A stretch of DNA of 64,000 nucleotides from Candidatus Azotimanducaceae bacterium (GTDB lineage Bacteria > Pseudomonadota > Gammaproteobacteria > Pseudomonadales > Azotimanducaceae). The position numbers and the translations under genes were made by a program. Positions 52,688 to 62,614 of the stretch are shown here, one piece after another. Under the pieces are notes generated by a model, which did not search any database, was not told where the DNA came from, and was given only the letters and a program-made list of their open reading frames with translations. Positions within the stretch are counted from its first letter, which is position 1. Each line of letters opens with the position of its first letter. The stretch spans positions 3,879,350 to 3,943,349 of the forward strand of contig OZ241900.1 in NCBI GenBank assembly GCA_965203615.1, given 5' to 3'.

Positions 52688-53770
52688 ATGACACTGAACC
52701 GCAAGCAGTTTCACAAGGGTCGCGGCGCGGTATCCAATCCCGCGGGCCGTTTCGACGCCGAGCATAGCGAGGTCGTGGACGACGGCTGGCCTTCGGTGAA
52801 AACCGAGGAGTTTCCGTCCTTCTCGCCGAGGACGGTTTTCTTTCCGGACAGAACGAAGAATCTGATCGCGACGAACACGTCGCCGGACATTCCCTTCGAC
52901 CAGTCAATCAACGCGTACAAGGGTTGCGAGCACGGTTGCGTCTACTGTTTCGCGAGGCCCACGCATTCCTACCTGGACCTTTCGCCCGGACTCGATTTCG
53001 AAACGAAGATCTTCTACAAGACCGACGTCGTGGCGCGCCTCGAGGAGTCCCTCGACCATCCACGCTACGTGTGCTCGACCATCGCCATGGGCACCAATAC
53101 GGACCCCTACCAGCCGGCGGAGAAACGTTTCCGGATCACGCGGCGCGTACTCGAGACACTGCTCGACCGCCGCCATCCCGTCAGCATCACGACCAAGGGT
53201 TCCCTGGTGCTGCGAGATCTGGACCTGCTGCGGGAACTGGCGGAACAGGACCTGGCTTCGGTAATGGTGAGCATCACTACGCTGGACAATGTGCTGAAGA
53301 CGAAACTCGAGCCACGCACGGCGTCGCCCGCCGCCCGCCTGCGTGTTGTCGAGGCCATGGCGAACGCCGGAGTGCCGGTTGCCGTGATGGCGGCGCCGAT
53401 GATCCCGGTCATCAACGACCACGAACTTGAAGCGATCGTCGAGGCTGCGGCCAAAGCCGGTGCCAGGACCGTTCGCTACATCCTCTTGAGGCTGCCGTTC
53501 GAGGTGAAGGACCTGTTCCGCGAATGGCTTTCCGAGCACTACCCCCTGAAGGCGGAGCACGTGATGAATCGCGTGCGCGATATGCGCGGGGGGAGGGACT
53601 ACCGGTCCGAATGGGGGACGCGAATGCGGGGGCAGGGCGCCTTTGCGGAGTTGCTGGCGAAACGCCATGCCATCGCGACGCGCAGGCACGGCGTGGATTC
53701 GGCGCTGCCGGAACTCAGGACCGACCTGTTCCGTCCCAAGAGACGGCAGCGGCAGATGGAGTTATTCTAA
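52688..53770 (+). CDS. PA0069-family radical SAM protein
   Basis: 'KGRGAVSNPAGRF' N-terminus and 'GCEHGCVYCFARP' CxxxCxxC cluster motif. ATG at 52688; alternatives at 52661 and 52676. Confidence 0.8.
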   Translation: MTLNRKQFHKGRGAVSNPAGRFDAEHSEVVDDGWPSVKTEEFPSFSPRTVFFPDRTKNLIATNTSPDIPFDQSINAYKGCEHGCVYCFARPTHSYLDLSPGLDFETKIFYKTDVVARLEESLDHPRYVCSTIAMGTNTDPYQPAEKRFRITRRVLETLLDRRHPVSITTKGSLVLRDLDLLRELAEQDLASVMVSITTLDNVLKTKLEPRTASPAARLRVVEAMANAGVPVAVMAAPMIPVINDHELEAIVEAAAKAGARTVRYILLRLPFEVKDLFREWLSEHYPLKAEHVMNRVRDMRGGRDYRSEWGTRMRGQGAFAELLAKRHAIATRRHGVDSALPELRTDLFRPKRRQRQMELF

Positions 53771-53798
53771 GGGGCGCCTCGAGGAAGAGAGAAAATCA

Positions 53799-54287
53799 AT
53801 GTCACTCACGCCGATGCATTTGGGCCATGTGGTCATGCGGGTCCGCGAGCTGGAACGTTCGGTCGACTTCTACACGCGAATCATGGGCCTGACCATCATG
53901 GTGAAGTCGGAACGCTCCTGCTTCATGTCCGCCAACACCGACAAGTCTCACGAACTGGCCATCTTCGAGTTGGGGCCCGACGCCCCCGGACCCGATCAGT
54001 CGCGGGTCGGTCAGGCGCACATGGCCTGGCAGATGAAGACGTTCGAAGACCTGCAGGAACTGTACAACAGGCTCAGGGAAAACGAGATCCGCATCAAGCA
54101 CATCGCCGATCACGGACTCTCCCTGGGCGTCTACCTGCTCGACCCCGACGACAACGAGATCGAGATCTACTACGAGTTGCCGAAGTCCAAGTGGCAATGG
54201 TCCGAGAGATCGGGCCCGTTCGGCGGATCATTCCCCTTCAAGCTGGAAGAGAAGCTGGAAGAGCCTGCGGAGGCCCTGGCTGACTGA
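53799..54287 (+). CDS. VOC-family (glyoxalase/bleomycin-resistance/extradiol dioxygenase fold) protein
   Basis: 'LGHVVMRVRELERSVDFYTRIMGL', '...HELAIFE', 'HMAWQ', 'SLGVYLLDPDDNEIEIYYE'. Confidence 0.8.
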   Translation: MSLTPMHLGHVVMRVRELERSVDFYTRIMGLTIMVKSERSCFMSANTDKSHELAIFELGPDAPGPDQSRVGQAHMAWQMKTFEDLQELYNRLRENEIRIKHIADHGLSLGVYLLDPDDNEIEIYYELPKSKWQWSERSGPFGGSFPFKLEEKLEEPAEALAD

Positions 54288-54303
54288 CTCGCCGTCCGCG
54301 GGG

Positions 54304-54579
54304 ATGGTCGATCTACCGGTTGGACACAAGACTGTCCGCGTGGCCGTGACGGCCGACGGAGGTCTTGAGTTATGGCTCGACGGTTGCCTGCGCAAGCGGC
54401 GTGAGCCCGCCGATCACGACCCCCTCTACGTGTGGACCAATGTCGAGCTGTACTGGGAAGAGCACCGGTATGTCGAAGCCCGCTACCACCGCCGCGACAG
54501 GGGCCGCCTCGAAGTCACCGTGAACGGCGATACCGTCTACGAGAAAAGCCCTTTCGGGGACAGGGGTGCCGAGGCCTGA
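54304..54579 (+). CDS. Hypothetical small protein
   Basis: 91-aa ORF 17 nt after the VOC gene. No motif recognised. Called only from position and ORF integrity. Confidence 0.35.
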   Translation: MVDLPVGHKTVRVAVTADGGLELWLDGCLRKRREPADHDPLYVWTNVELYWEEHRYVEARYHRRDRGRLEVTVNGDTVYEKSPFGDRGAEA

Positions 54580-54615
54580 TTGTTGCGATCAGCTCGCGAA
54601 GGCGGGCGCCCGCGG

Positions 54616-57600
54616 TCAGGCTCGCGAGGGTTGCAACCCCGTGACCGGCGCTCGCCTTACGTCGGCAACGATGTTGTACAGGCACGGCACCAGCACCAGG
54701 GTAATGACGGTCGCGAACAGGATGCCGAACGCAAGTGAAACCGCCATCGGTATGACCATCTGCGCCTGCAAGGATGTCTCCGCGATCATCGGCGCCAGGC
54801 CGAAGAAGGTCGTAAGGGAAGTGAGCAATATGGGGCGCAGGCGCGCCGCGCCGGACTGAATCGCCGCCTCCATGGGCGACATGCCGCTGGCTGCCGCCTT
54901 GTTGACGAAGTCGATCATGATGAGGCTGTCGTTGACGACGACGCCGGACAGCGCGATGAATCCGATGATCGATACCGAGTTGAGGGCGAGGCCAAGAATC
55001 ATGTGGCCGACAACGGCGCCGACGATGCCGAACGGGATGGCGCTCATGATGATCAACGGCTGGACGTAGGAGCGAAGCGGAATCGCCAGCAGCGCGTAGA
55101 TCCCGAACAGCGCTGCCAGGAAGGCGTAGCCGAGCTCGGTCAGTCCCATGCGTTCGGCTATCGAGCTGCCCGTGAGTTCGAAGCTGACCCCCTGGTGCCG
55201 GAGCAGCAGGTCTGGAATGAAATTCCGCCTGATGTCGTCGACGATCCGGGTGGGTTCCGCGACGTTCGTGTCCGCGTTTGCCCTCACCGTGATGGAGTTG
55301 CGCCCGTCCAGCCGCTGCAATGCATTGTAGCCGCGCGCCGTGTCGTACTCGGCGACTGCGTCGAACGGGAGTTCGCGGCCGTCCGGCATGCGGAACCACA
55401 TGTTCTCAAGGTTGCCGACGGATTCACGCTCCGAACGTGGATAGCGCACCATCACCCTGATTTCGTGACTGTCGCGCTGGATGCGTTGCACTTCCGCCCC
55501 GTAGAAGGCCTCTCGCACCTGGCGGGCCAGGTCCGCGAGGGTGACGCCCATGGCTTCCGCTTCCGGCTTGACCCTGAGCTTGATCTCCTCGGGCCCGGCT
55601 GCGGAGGAACTGCGCACTTCGAAGATGCCTTCGTAGGTCCGCAGGTGATCGGCGAGTTCGTCGGCGGCGGCCTCGACGCGTTCATGGTTGTTGCCCAGCA
55701 ACGCCAGTTCGATGTTTGCCTGGCCGCCCATCCGCCTGGAGGAAGAGAACTTCAATTCCTTGGTTCCAGCGATTTCGCCGACCTTTTCCCGCCACCTGTG
55801 TTCGACGTCCCTCAGCGTCACGGGCCGTTGGCCGCCCTTGGCCAGTTCCACCTGTATGGTCGCTTTTGTCCCTTCCGTGACGTAGGCGAACATGTTCTCG
55901 GCCACATCGATGTCGGTTCCGGTTTCGGCCTTGATCTCCTCGTTGATTTCGCGCAGGGCCGCATCCATGCGGTTCACGATGTCCAGGATCAGGGCATCGG
56001 GGGCGCCTTCATGCAGTTCGACTTCGGCCTTGACGGAGTCGCTGTCAATCTCCGGAAAGAACACGTAGCGCAACGTGCCGCTTGTGACCACGCCTAACAC
56101 TAGGATCAGCAGGCTGATGAAGAACGCGAGCGTCGCGTAGCGGTACGAGATCGCCCTGCGAAGGAACGGCTTGTAGACACGCTCCGAAAAACGTTTCAGG
56201 TTGCGGTCCACCCAGTCGGCGACACCAGCCTTGGGCCCGTGGGAGGATCGCATGGCGGCCAGGTGCGACGGCAGGATGAGTTTCGACTCGATCAAGGAGA
56301 AAAGGAGGCAGAAGACCACCACCCAGGCGAGCGATTCGAACAGGGGCTCCATGCGCGAGCGAACCAGCAGCATGGGCGCGAAGGCGACCATGGTCGTCAA
56401 TACGCCGAAGGTGGCGGGTATAGCCACCCGTCGCGCGCCGGCGACGATGGCGTCGAGGTTGTAGCCGCGCTCCTCGGTGTAGGTATAGGCGCTCTCGGCG
56501 ATGATGATGGCGTCGTCGACCACTATCCCCAGAACGAGAATGAACGCGAACAGGCTCATGATGTTGATCGACACGTCCACAAAGGGAAGTGGCAGCATCG
56601 CCAGTGCCCCGAGGAACGCCACGGGCAGACCGACCACAACCCATGCCGCGATCTTCATGTGCAGGAAAATGCCGAGAATGGCCAGCACGAGCAGACCGCC
56701 TAGAGCCATATTCTTCAACATGAGGTTGAGCCGGCCCTTCAGATAGTAGGTCCTGTCGGACCACGCGGTGAGTTCGACGCCGTCCGGCAGGGTTGATTGC
56801 CGCGCTTCGATGAAACGATGGGCCGCCTCGCTGATCGCTATCTCATTGCTGGTCTTGTCCCCCATCACGTCAATGCCGAAACTGCGTTCGCCGTTGAAGA
56901 ACGAGTAGATCTCGACTTCGACGAATCCGTCGCGAATGGTCGCGATATCGCCGAGGCGCACCCGGGTTCCATCCGGCCGCGTCAGCAGGACGATGTCCTC
57001 GAACTGCGCGCCGGTATACGCCTGCCCCTTGGTCCGCAGCCGTATCTGCCCGGCTTCGGACTGGATCGAGCCGCCCGGCAGGTCGATGGACCACTGCCGT
57101 ATCGTCTGGGCGACCTGGCCCAGGGTCAGTCCGTACTGGCGCAGCGTTTGCTCGGGGACTTCGATGGATATCTCGAACGGGCGTGAACCGGTCACCTCGG
57201 CCATGGGTACCTCCGGCAGAGCCGCGATCTCGTCGCGCAGGTCCTCCGCCAGTTCCTTCATTGAAGGCTCGTCCAGGTTTCCGTGGACCTGGATGCTCAA
57301 CACGGCGAACCTGAATTGACGCTTGGAGATGACCGGTCTCTCGGTCTCCGCCGGAAATGTCGAGATGCTGTCGATGGCCACCTTTATGTCGTTGGCGACC
57401 GTATTGATGTCGTAGCCATGCTCGACTTCGGCGACGACTCGACCCGAGCCTTCCATTGCGGTGGATTTGATCTCGGCGATTCCCTGAACCGACTCGATCG
57501 CCTGTTCGATCTTGACCACTACGCCTTCCGCCACTTCCTGTGGCGCTGCTCCGCGATACGGCACCGATACGGTGATCTCGTCGGAGCCCATACTGGGGAA

Positions 57601-57747
57601 GCTCTCTTTCTTGACGACGAAGAGCGACCAGATGCCCGCGCCGATGATGCAGAACATCAGCAGGTTCGCCGCCACGTGGTTGCGGGCGAACCATCCGATC
57701 AGGCCACGCGCTTCGGGTGGGACGGGAGGGGCCTCGGATTCAGCCAT
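54616..57747 (-). CDS. RND efflux transporter permease (AcrB/HAE family)
   Basis: About 1040 aa with the 12-TM RND pattern: 'VVDDAIIIAES', 'GVVVNDSLIMIDF' and two large periplasmic loops. The ATG at 57747 overlaps the adaptor gene stop. Confidence 0.9.
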   Translation of the reverse strand: MAESEAPPVPPEARGLIGWFARNHVAANLLMFCIIGAGIWSLFVVKKESFPSMGSDEITVSVPYRGAAPQEVAEGVVVKIEQAIESVQGIAEIKSTAMEGSGRVVAEVEHGYDINTVANDIKVAIDSISTFPAETERPVISKRQFRFAVLSIQVHGNLDEPSMKELAEDLRDEIAALPEVPMAEVTGSRPFEISIEVPEQTLRQYGLTLGQVAQTIRQWSIDLPGGSIQSEAGQIRLRTKGQAYTGAQFEDIVLLTRPDGTRVRLGDIATIRDGFVEVEIYSFFNGERSFGIDVMGDKTSNEIAISEAAHRFIEARQSTLPDGVELTAWSDRTYYLKGRLNLMLKNMALGGLLVLAILGIFLHMKIAAWVVVGLPVAFLGALAMLPLPFVDVSINIMSLFAFILVLGIVVDDAIIIAESAYTYTEERGYNLDAIVAGARRVAIPATFGVLTTMVAFAPMLLVRSRMEPLFESLAWVVVFCLLFSLIESKLILPSHLAAMRSSHGPKAGVADWVDRNLKRFSERVYKPFLRRAISYRYATLAFFISLLILVLGVVTSGTLRYVFFPEIDSDSVKAEVELHEGAPDALILDIVNRMDAALREINEEIKAETGTDIDVAENMFAYVTEGTKATIQVELAKGGQRPVTLRDVEHRWREKVGEIAGTKELKFSSSRRMGGQANIELALLGNNHERVEAAADELADHLRTYEGIFEVRSSSAAGPEEIKLRVKPEAEAMGVTLADLARQVREAFYGAEVQRIQRDSHEIRVMVRYPRSERESVGNLENMWFRMPDGRELPFDAVAEYDTARGYNALQRLDGRNSITVRANADTNVAEPTRIVDDIRRNFIPDLLLRHQGVSFELTGSSIAERMGLTELGYAFLAALFGIYALLAIPLRSYVQPLIIMSAIPFGIVGAVVGHMILGLALNSVSIIGFIALSGVVVNDSLIMIDFVNKAAASGMSPMEAAIQSGAARLRPILLTSLTTFFGLAPMIAETSLQAQMVIPMAVSLAFGILFATVITLVLVPCLYNIVADVRRAPVTGLQPSRA

Positions 57748-58897
57748 CAAGGCGTACTCTCATTCCCGGCAACGGATGGTCGATGGGCGTGGTCACGTAG
57801 ATCTCGCCGTCCGCTACGCCGTGGTCCAGGTACGCGAGATCCTCGTCGGTGCGTACCACCCCCACCGAGCGTGGTTGTATGGTGGAGTTCGAGTCCACTA
57901 CCCACAGCGTCGTGCCCCGGGACAGGGCGTGGCGTGGCACTGTCACCAGTTCGCCTCCGGGCAGGCCGGATATCGCCGCGGTAACGAACGTCCCCATGCG
58001 CAATGGCGCCCGTCCGCTGTCGGCGAGGTCGTACGGATCGTCCACCTGTGCGACGACGTAGAGTACCCTGCTGCTAGCGTCGAATACGCCCTCTGAACGG
58101 ACGACGCGCGCTTCCCAGTCAAACCGTTGATCGCCGATGCTGGAGCTCAGCATCACCGGTAGTTCCCCCCCGGTATCCAGTTTCCTGAGATCGAGGAAGC
58201 GCACGTCCTTCTGCGTCACGGGCAATCGAACCTCGGCCAGGTCCACGGCGAACGTGCGGGCGACCTGCGCGCCGACGTTCACGTATTGGCCGACGTCGGC
58301 GAGCTTTTCGCGCACCATGCCGTCGTAGGGCGCGCGGATGACGGTTCGCTGCAGATCTTCCTCGACCTTCTCCAGCTCAGCCTCACTCGATTCCAGTTCG
58401 GCGAGCGCCTGCTGGAGCTGCGGCTTGCGCAATGTGAGTTCGGATGCCGGTCCGGAAGCGGCGTTGAGTTCACGCAGGCGCTCCCAGTCTTCGAATGCAT
58501 ATCCGGCCAGGGCGTTTTCGGTGGCGACCGCCGTGCGGGCTCTTGCCACCTCAGCGCGTGCGCGCTTCACCAACGTCTCGTAGTTGCGCGGGTCGATACG
58601 GATCAGTACGTCACCCCGCGCGAAAAAGCCGCCGCTGACGAAGGCGGGCGACACCGCGGAGATCTGTCCGGATACTTCGGAAACCAACGTCGTCTGCGTG
58701 CGCGGCGACACCAGGCCCCGGGACCTGACGACGAACTCTATGGGCTCCCGCCGGGCCGTCGCCACGGACACCAGCAATGCGGGTTTGGGCACGGCCTCCT
58801 TCGGTGTCTCGGGACGGGCCTGGATCATGGCGAACGACGCGAGGACCGCGGCGACGATGAATGCCACCGGCAGGATGATCTTCAGAATGCGCGTCAT
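57740..58897 (-). CDS. RND efflux periplasmic adaptor (membrane fusion protein)
   Basis: N-terminal anchor 'ILPVAFIVAAVLASFAMI', a coiled-coil 'QQALAELESSEAELEKVEEDLQRT', and beta-barrel segments. Confidence 0.85.
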   Translation of the reverse strand: MTRILKIILPVAFIVAAVLASFAMIQARPETPKEAVPKPALLVSVATARREPIEFVVRSRGLVSPRTQTTLVSEVSGQISAVSPAFVSGGFFARGDVLIRIDPRNYETLVKRARAEVARARTAVATENALAGYAFEDWERLRELNAASGPASELTLRKPQLQQALAELESSEAELEKVEEDLQRTVIRAPYDGMVREKLADVGQYVNVGAQVARTFAVDLAEVRLPVTQKDVRFLDLRKLDTGGELPVMLSSSIGDQRFDWEARVVRSEGVFDASSRVLYVVAQVDDPYDLADSGRAPLRMGTFVTAAISGLPGGELVTVPRHALSRGTTLWVVDSNSTIQPRSVGVVRTDEDLAYLDHGVADGEIYVTTPIDHPLPGMRVRLDG

Positions 58898-58995
58898 GGG
58901 GGTGGGTTAGCGTATCCAGGCGGAAGGTAGGCTGGGCGGGCAATGATAGCGAAAAGGCTTCCCCGGTTCGCCCACTCCGAAGGTTTGCGCAGCGG

Positions 58996-60612
58996 TCACT
59001 CGACGATTTGGGAGGAGCGTGCCACCTCGACTGCGGTTGTGTCGTTGACGGCTTCGCCTACGGTAGGAGTAGAGTCGAAGGCACCTCGGCTGAACACGGT
59101 AAGGCGGTTGTCCACCGAATCGATCAAACGTTCATATGCGGCTGACAGTTCCGACGCATCCAACTCGGCCACGGCCCTGGCGAGGCGTTCGTTCGAATCG
59201 AAGGTGAGCACGCGGTCATCCAGGTCCGCCTGCAGTCGCCCTGACCGATCCGTCAGGTTCCGATCGTCCCGCGTAAGCGCCGAGATAAAGCCGCGCTTGT
59301 GCTCCTCGAGTTCTGCGACAGAAATCTCCCGGAGCCACTTTCGCTGCGCCTCGATGAACGCCCCTGTCGCCGACTGCAGGCCCGCCGTGTCGGTGCCGGG
59401 CGACTGCACGACAAAAACGATCCCCGGGTGCCCCTCAACGCTGAAACGGTAGGCCTGAACGATGTAGCCGCGCTGCTGCTCGGTGCGCAACGTCGTGAAG
59501 TAACGAGGTCCCAACATGCGGCCCAGCAATCCCAGACGGGCTCGTTCGGCCAGCGTTGCGGCGTCTCCCTGCAGGTAGAGCACGTAGACCGCGTCGTCGT
59601 GATCGACTTCGCGTTCAATGTATTTTGCGCCGTCGAGTACCCGCGCCACGGATGGACCAGGATGCCCGGGCCGAGGCGGTAGCTGACATTGAACGTCGGC
59701 TCAAGCACTTCGCCCTCGATGTCGGGGCCGGCGAACGAGACCAGCGAGTTCTCCGGCACGAGGCGGTCGAGGTAGTCACGGATAAGCGCCTCGTCGAAGG
59801 ACTCCATCAGGTAGCCGGCCCGGAGGAGGTCCTCCGGAGGATCATGCACCATGGCTTCGGCGGCCCACACGACGGTACCGATGGGCGAACCCTGTTCCTG
59901 GAAACGGAAAGCGACGTCGTTCATGTCAGCGACTTCCCGGTACCGCCAGGCCGCGATGCCGTCGTTCCTGATCTTGTCTATCCACGCGTATACCAGACCG
60001 ATGATCTCGTCGGTGTGCGGTCTCCCCTTGTCCGTCAACCCTATCGTGATGCCAAAAAACGCGTTCTCGCGGTCAAGCGTGTTGCCCCCGGCGGACAGGG
60101 ACTTGATCCAGCCCCGACTGTGTAACACGTCGTAAAGCGAGCCAGGACCTTCGTGGTGGATCAGGTGTGCGAGGTAAGCTGTGGGCTTGCTGCGGTAGTG
60201 CGGCTGTAGCGGTGGCACGGGAAAGGAAATCCATACACTCTTGTTGTCCCTCAGTCTCTGCCACGCGTAGCTTGCCGGCAGGCTCCCGGGTTTGAAGTAA
60301 CTGGTGGTAGGCGTCGACCGCCGGGTACTTCTCTGTGGCGATGAACAGCATGTGCTCGACGAAGTGAGCGAGCCCCGGATGCGCATCCGGATCGTGATCG
60401 CTGCCTCTCGCGATGCTGACGGCGGCGGCGGACTTGTCGCTGTCCGGCGCGTGGATGAGTAGGGCCCTCACCTTGTTTGGCAATTCGACGTAGCGGTATT
60501 CGCGCTCGTCGTTCGGGCTTTTGATCGGCTGTGCCTGTTGTGGCGGAATGGTCTGACAGGCGGACAGCCCTGCGACGGCAAGGAGGCCAACGATTGTCCG
60601 GCCTATTCGCAT
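58996..60612 (-). pseudogene. Decayed M16 (pitrilysin/insulinase-family) zinc peptidase, lipoprotein-type
   Basis: Frame 1 (60612-~60300) has a lipobox-like 'LLAVAGLSAC' and the inverted zinc motif 'HFVEHMLF'. The sensible translation then jumps to another frame (~60299-59655, '...SLYDVLHSRGWIKSLSAGG...'), and back to the first frame (59649-58996, '...LRTEQQRGYIVQAY...'). The total of ~540 codons compares with >900 expected for this family. Confidence 0.6.
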
Positions 60613-60656
60613 ATTCGGGTGTTGACCGCAGGTTCTCTTCGCCGCGTGACGGGGTA

Positions 60657-61760
60657 CTAGATCCGACCCTTGTCGAGGTCCAGCCGGCCTCGGGCGAGGT
60701 TGAGTCGCAGTACGTCGCTGGCGCCTTCCGCCAGGCGCATGGCCCGAACGCGTCGATACAGCGTCTCCAGGGGGTGTCCAACGGTCAACGCCCTGCCTCC
60801 GACGAGTTGAATGGCGGTATCGACGACTTCGCCCACGGTTTCCGTAGCGAAGACCTTGCAGGCGATGCCTTCGTTCACGGTGTTCTCGCCGGCGTCCGCG
60901 AGCCTGGCGGTGCGGTACACCATGCTGCGCGCGGCATACGCCTTGATGCGCAGGTCGGCGTAGCGTAGCCGCACGCCCTCGCGGCTGCCGAGGGGCGTGC
61001 CGCTGCGATGTGGAGCGGTCAGGTGTGCCGTGAGGTATTCGAGCACCCACCGCATCAGCCCGACGGACTCCGCGGCGAAAGCGATGCGCGTATCGCCGAT
61101 CTGGCGGAGGGCGCGGGGCAGGCCTTCGCCCGGCTTGCCCACGATATGCGCCGCTGGGATCCGCACGTTGTCGAACTCGAACCAGGCATGGTGGGTGCCG
61201 TCGAGCGAACCGAAGACCTGCTTGATGCGAACGCCGGGGGTGTCGGTGTCGATGACGACCATGGCGGGACCTTCGCCGCCGATTTCTACCAGGGCGTTCA
61301 CAAAGTCCGCCTGCGCGCCACCGGTCACATAGGACTTTTGGCCATTGATCGTCAACGTATCGCCATCGATGCGCCCGCTGGTTGGGCGTGCCGCGTCGTC
61401 GGGTTCCGTAAAGCCGAACGCCCCGCGTTTCTCTCCCGCGATGAGGGGTGCGAGGTATCGAGTCGCGATGGGTTCGCCCGCGCCTGCGAGAACGCCGGGA
61501 CCGGGTCCGAATACGGGCAGGTGAGAAAGGTTGTGACGCGCCAGCGTATCTCTGGCCACGGTCAGGGCCAGCGTGCTCGCCTCGCTGCCGCCCAGCGCTT
61601 TCGGCTGGGTCATGAAGAAGAGCCCGGCGGCCTTCGAGGCGTCGATGATCCGTTTCCGATTGGCGGCGACATCGGCGGCGAGAGCCGCCAGCGTGCCGCG
61701 TGCGAACGCGTCCGTCTCGTCGCGCAATTGCCGCAGTTCAGGCGTCAGCGATTCCGGCAC
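60657..61760 (-). CDS. Acyl-CoA dehydrogenase-family protein
   Basis: 'GAFGFTEPDDA', 'INGQKSYVTGG', 'RIAFAAESVGLMR', 'IQLVGGRAL', '...MRLAEGASDVLRL'. GTG start at 61760. Confidence 0.85.
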   Translation of the reverse strand: MPESLTPELRQLRDETDAFARGTLAALAADVAANRKRIIDASKAAGLFFMTQPKALGGSEASTLALTVARDTLARHNLSHLPVFGPGPGVLAGAGEPIATRYLAPLIAGEKRGAFGFTEPDDAARPTSGRIDGDTLTINGQKSYVTGGAQADFVNALVEIGGEGPAMVVIDTDTPGVRIKQVFGSLDGTHHAWFEFDNVRIPAAHIVGKPGEGLPRALRQIGDTRIAFAAESVGLMRWVLEYLTAHLTAPHRSGTPLGSREGVRLRYADLRIKAYAARSMVYRTARLADAGENTVNEGIACKVFATETVGEVVDTAIQLVGGRALTVGHPLETLYRRVRAMRLAEGASDVLRLNLARGRLDLDKGRI

Positions 61761-61770
61761 GTTGAAGGCC

Positions 61771-61976
61771 TTTCATGGAGCAAACGCCTCCCGGGAGCGC
61801 CAGCGACCGGGGGTGTCTGGTCCATGGGCGGCGAGCGGGGCCGGGCCACAGGCGAAGCCGAAGGCTGCGGCTGTGGGGCACTTTCATGGAACAGACGTCG
61901 CCGTGGAGCGTCAGCGACTGGCGGCGATTGTTGCATGGACGAGGGGCTCGGTCGGGCCACGGGCGGCGCGAAGGCG
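61771..61976. repeat. Intergenic tandem duplication, two ~95-nt units with 111-bp period
   Basis: Units start with TTTCATGGA at 61771 and 61882 and are about 75% identical by eye. Each has CATGGAxCAxAC near the start, with an imperfect reverse complement about 40 nt later. Unit 1 contains the palindrome CTCCCGGGAG. Confidence 0.6.
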
Positions 61977-61988
61977 CCGACTGTAGGG

Positions 61989-62348
61989 CTACAACGTCTG
62001 CCACATCAAGAAGGCAATGACGAGGAAACCGCAGAGCACCATGGCGCCGAGCGCGCTGACCAGGTACATCTCTCCCGTGGCGCGCCGCCGCACTCGATCC
62101 TCGACTTTCTCGGGATCCTGTGCGGACGTCGTCGAGGTCAGCCGATAACGGGTCAGCCCGTCGCGTTTCGGCAAACGGACGAAAAGCTCGGGCGTCGCGT
62201 CGAGGCGCTCTTTCACGTCGATCATCGCGATTCCCGTGCGGCGCGCGATCTGTTGCGGGTGCAGGCCGATTCCGGGTTCTTCGCGAAACACCCGGTGGAT
62301 GGCGAGGATGCGGCGCGTCTTGCCCCAGTAGCGCGGCGTCAGCAACAC
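61989..62348 (-). CDS. Hypothetical protein with C-terminal transmembrane segment
   Basis: 119-aa ORF ending in the hydrophobic 'LVSALGAMVLCGFLVIAFLMW'. The N-terminal part is vaguely winged-helix-like. GTG start is uncertain. Confidence 0.35.
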   Translation of the reverse strand: MLLTPRYWGKTRRILAIHRVFREEPGIGLHPQQIARRTGIAMIDVKERLDATPELFVRLPKRDGLTRYRLTSTTSAQDPEKVEDRVRRRATGEMYLVSALGAMVLCGFLVIAFLMWQTL

Positions 62349-62614
62349 GGCGCGGGCCTTGTCGAGTAACGTTCATTCATGCCGAAGATGATAGCCGTCC
62401 GCGAAGTGCCGGGACAGTCGCCGAGAACGGCTTGCGGTCCCGCGATACGCGGCTGGGAGGTTGCGCCGTGGAACGGCACGCAAGTGCCGATCAAGGCGTA
62501 ACATCGTAGGTGGGCTTGGGCGGGGGTGAAAGATGGCGCGCCCGAAGGGTCGACAGATTTCATGGCACTGGGGCATGTCGTGGCATCGTCGGACAGTTTT
62601 GGTATCTTGCCGAC

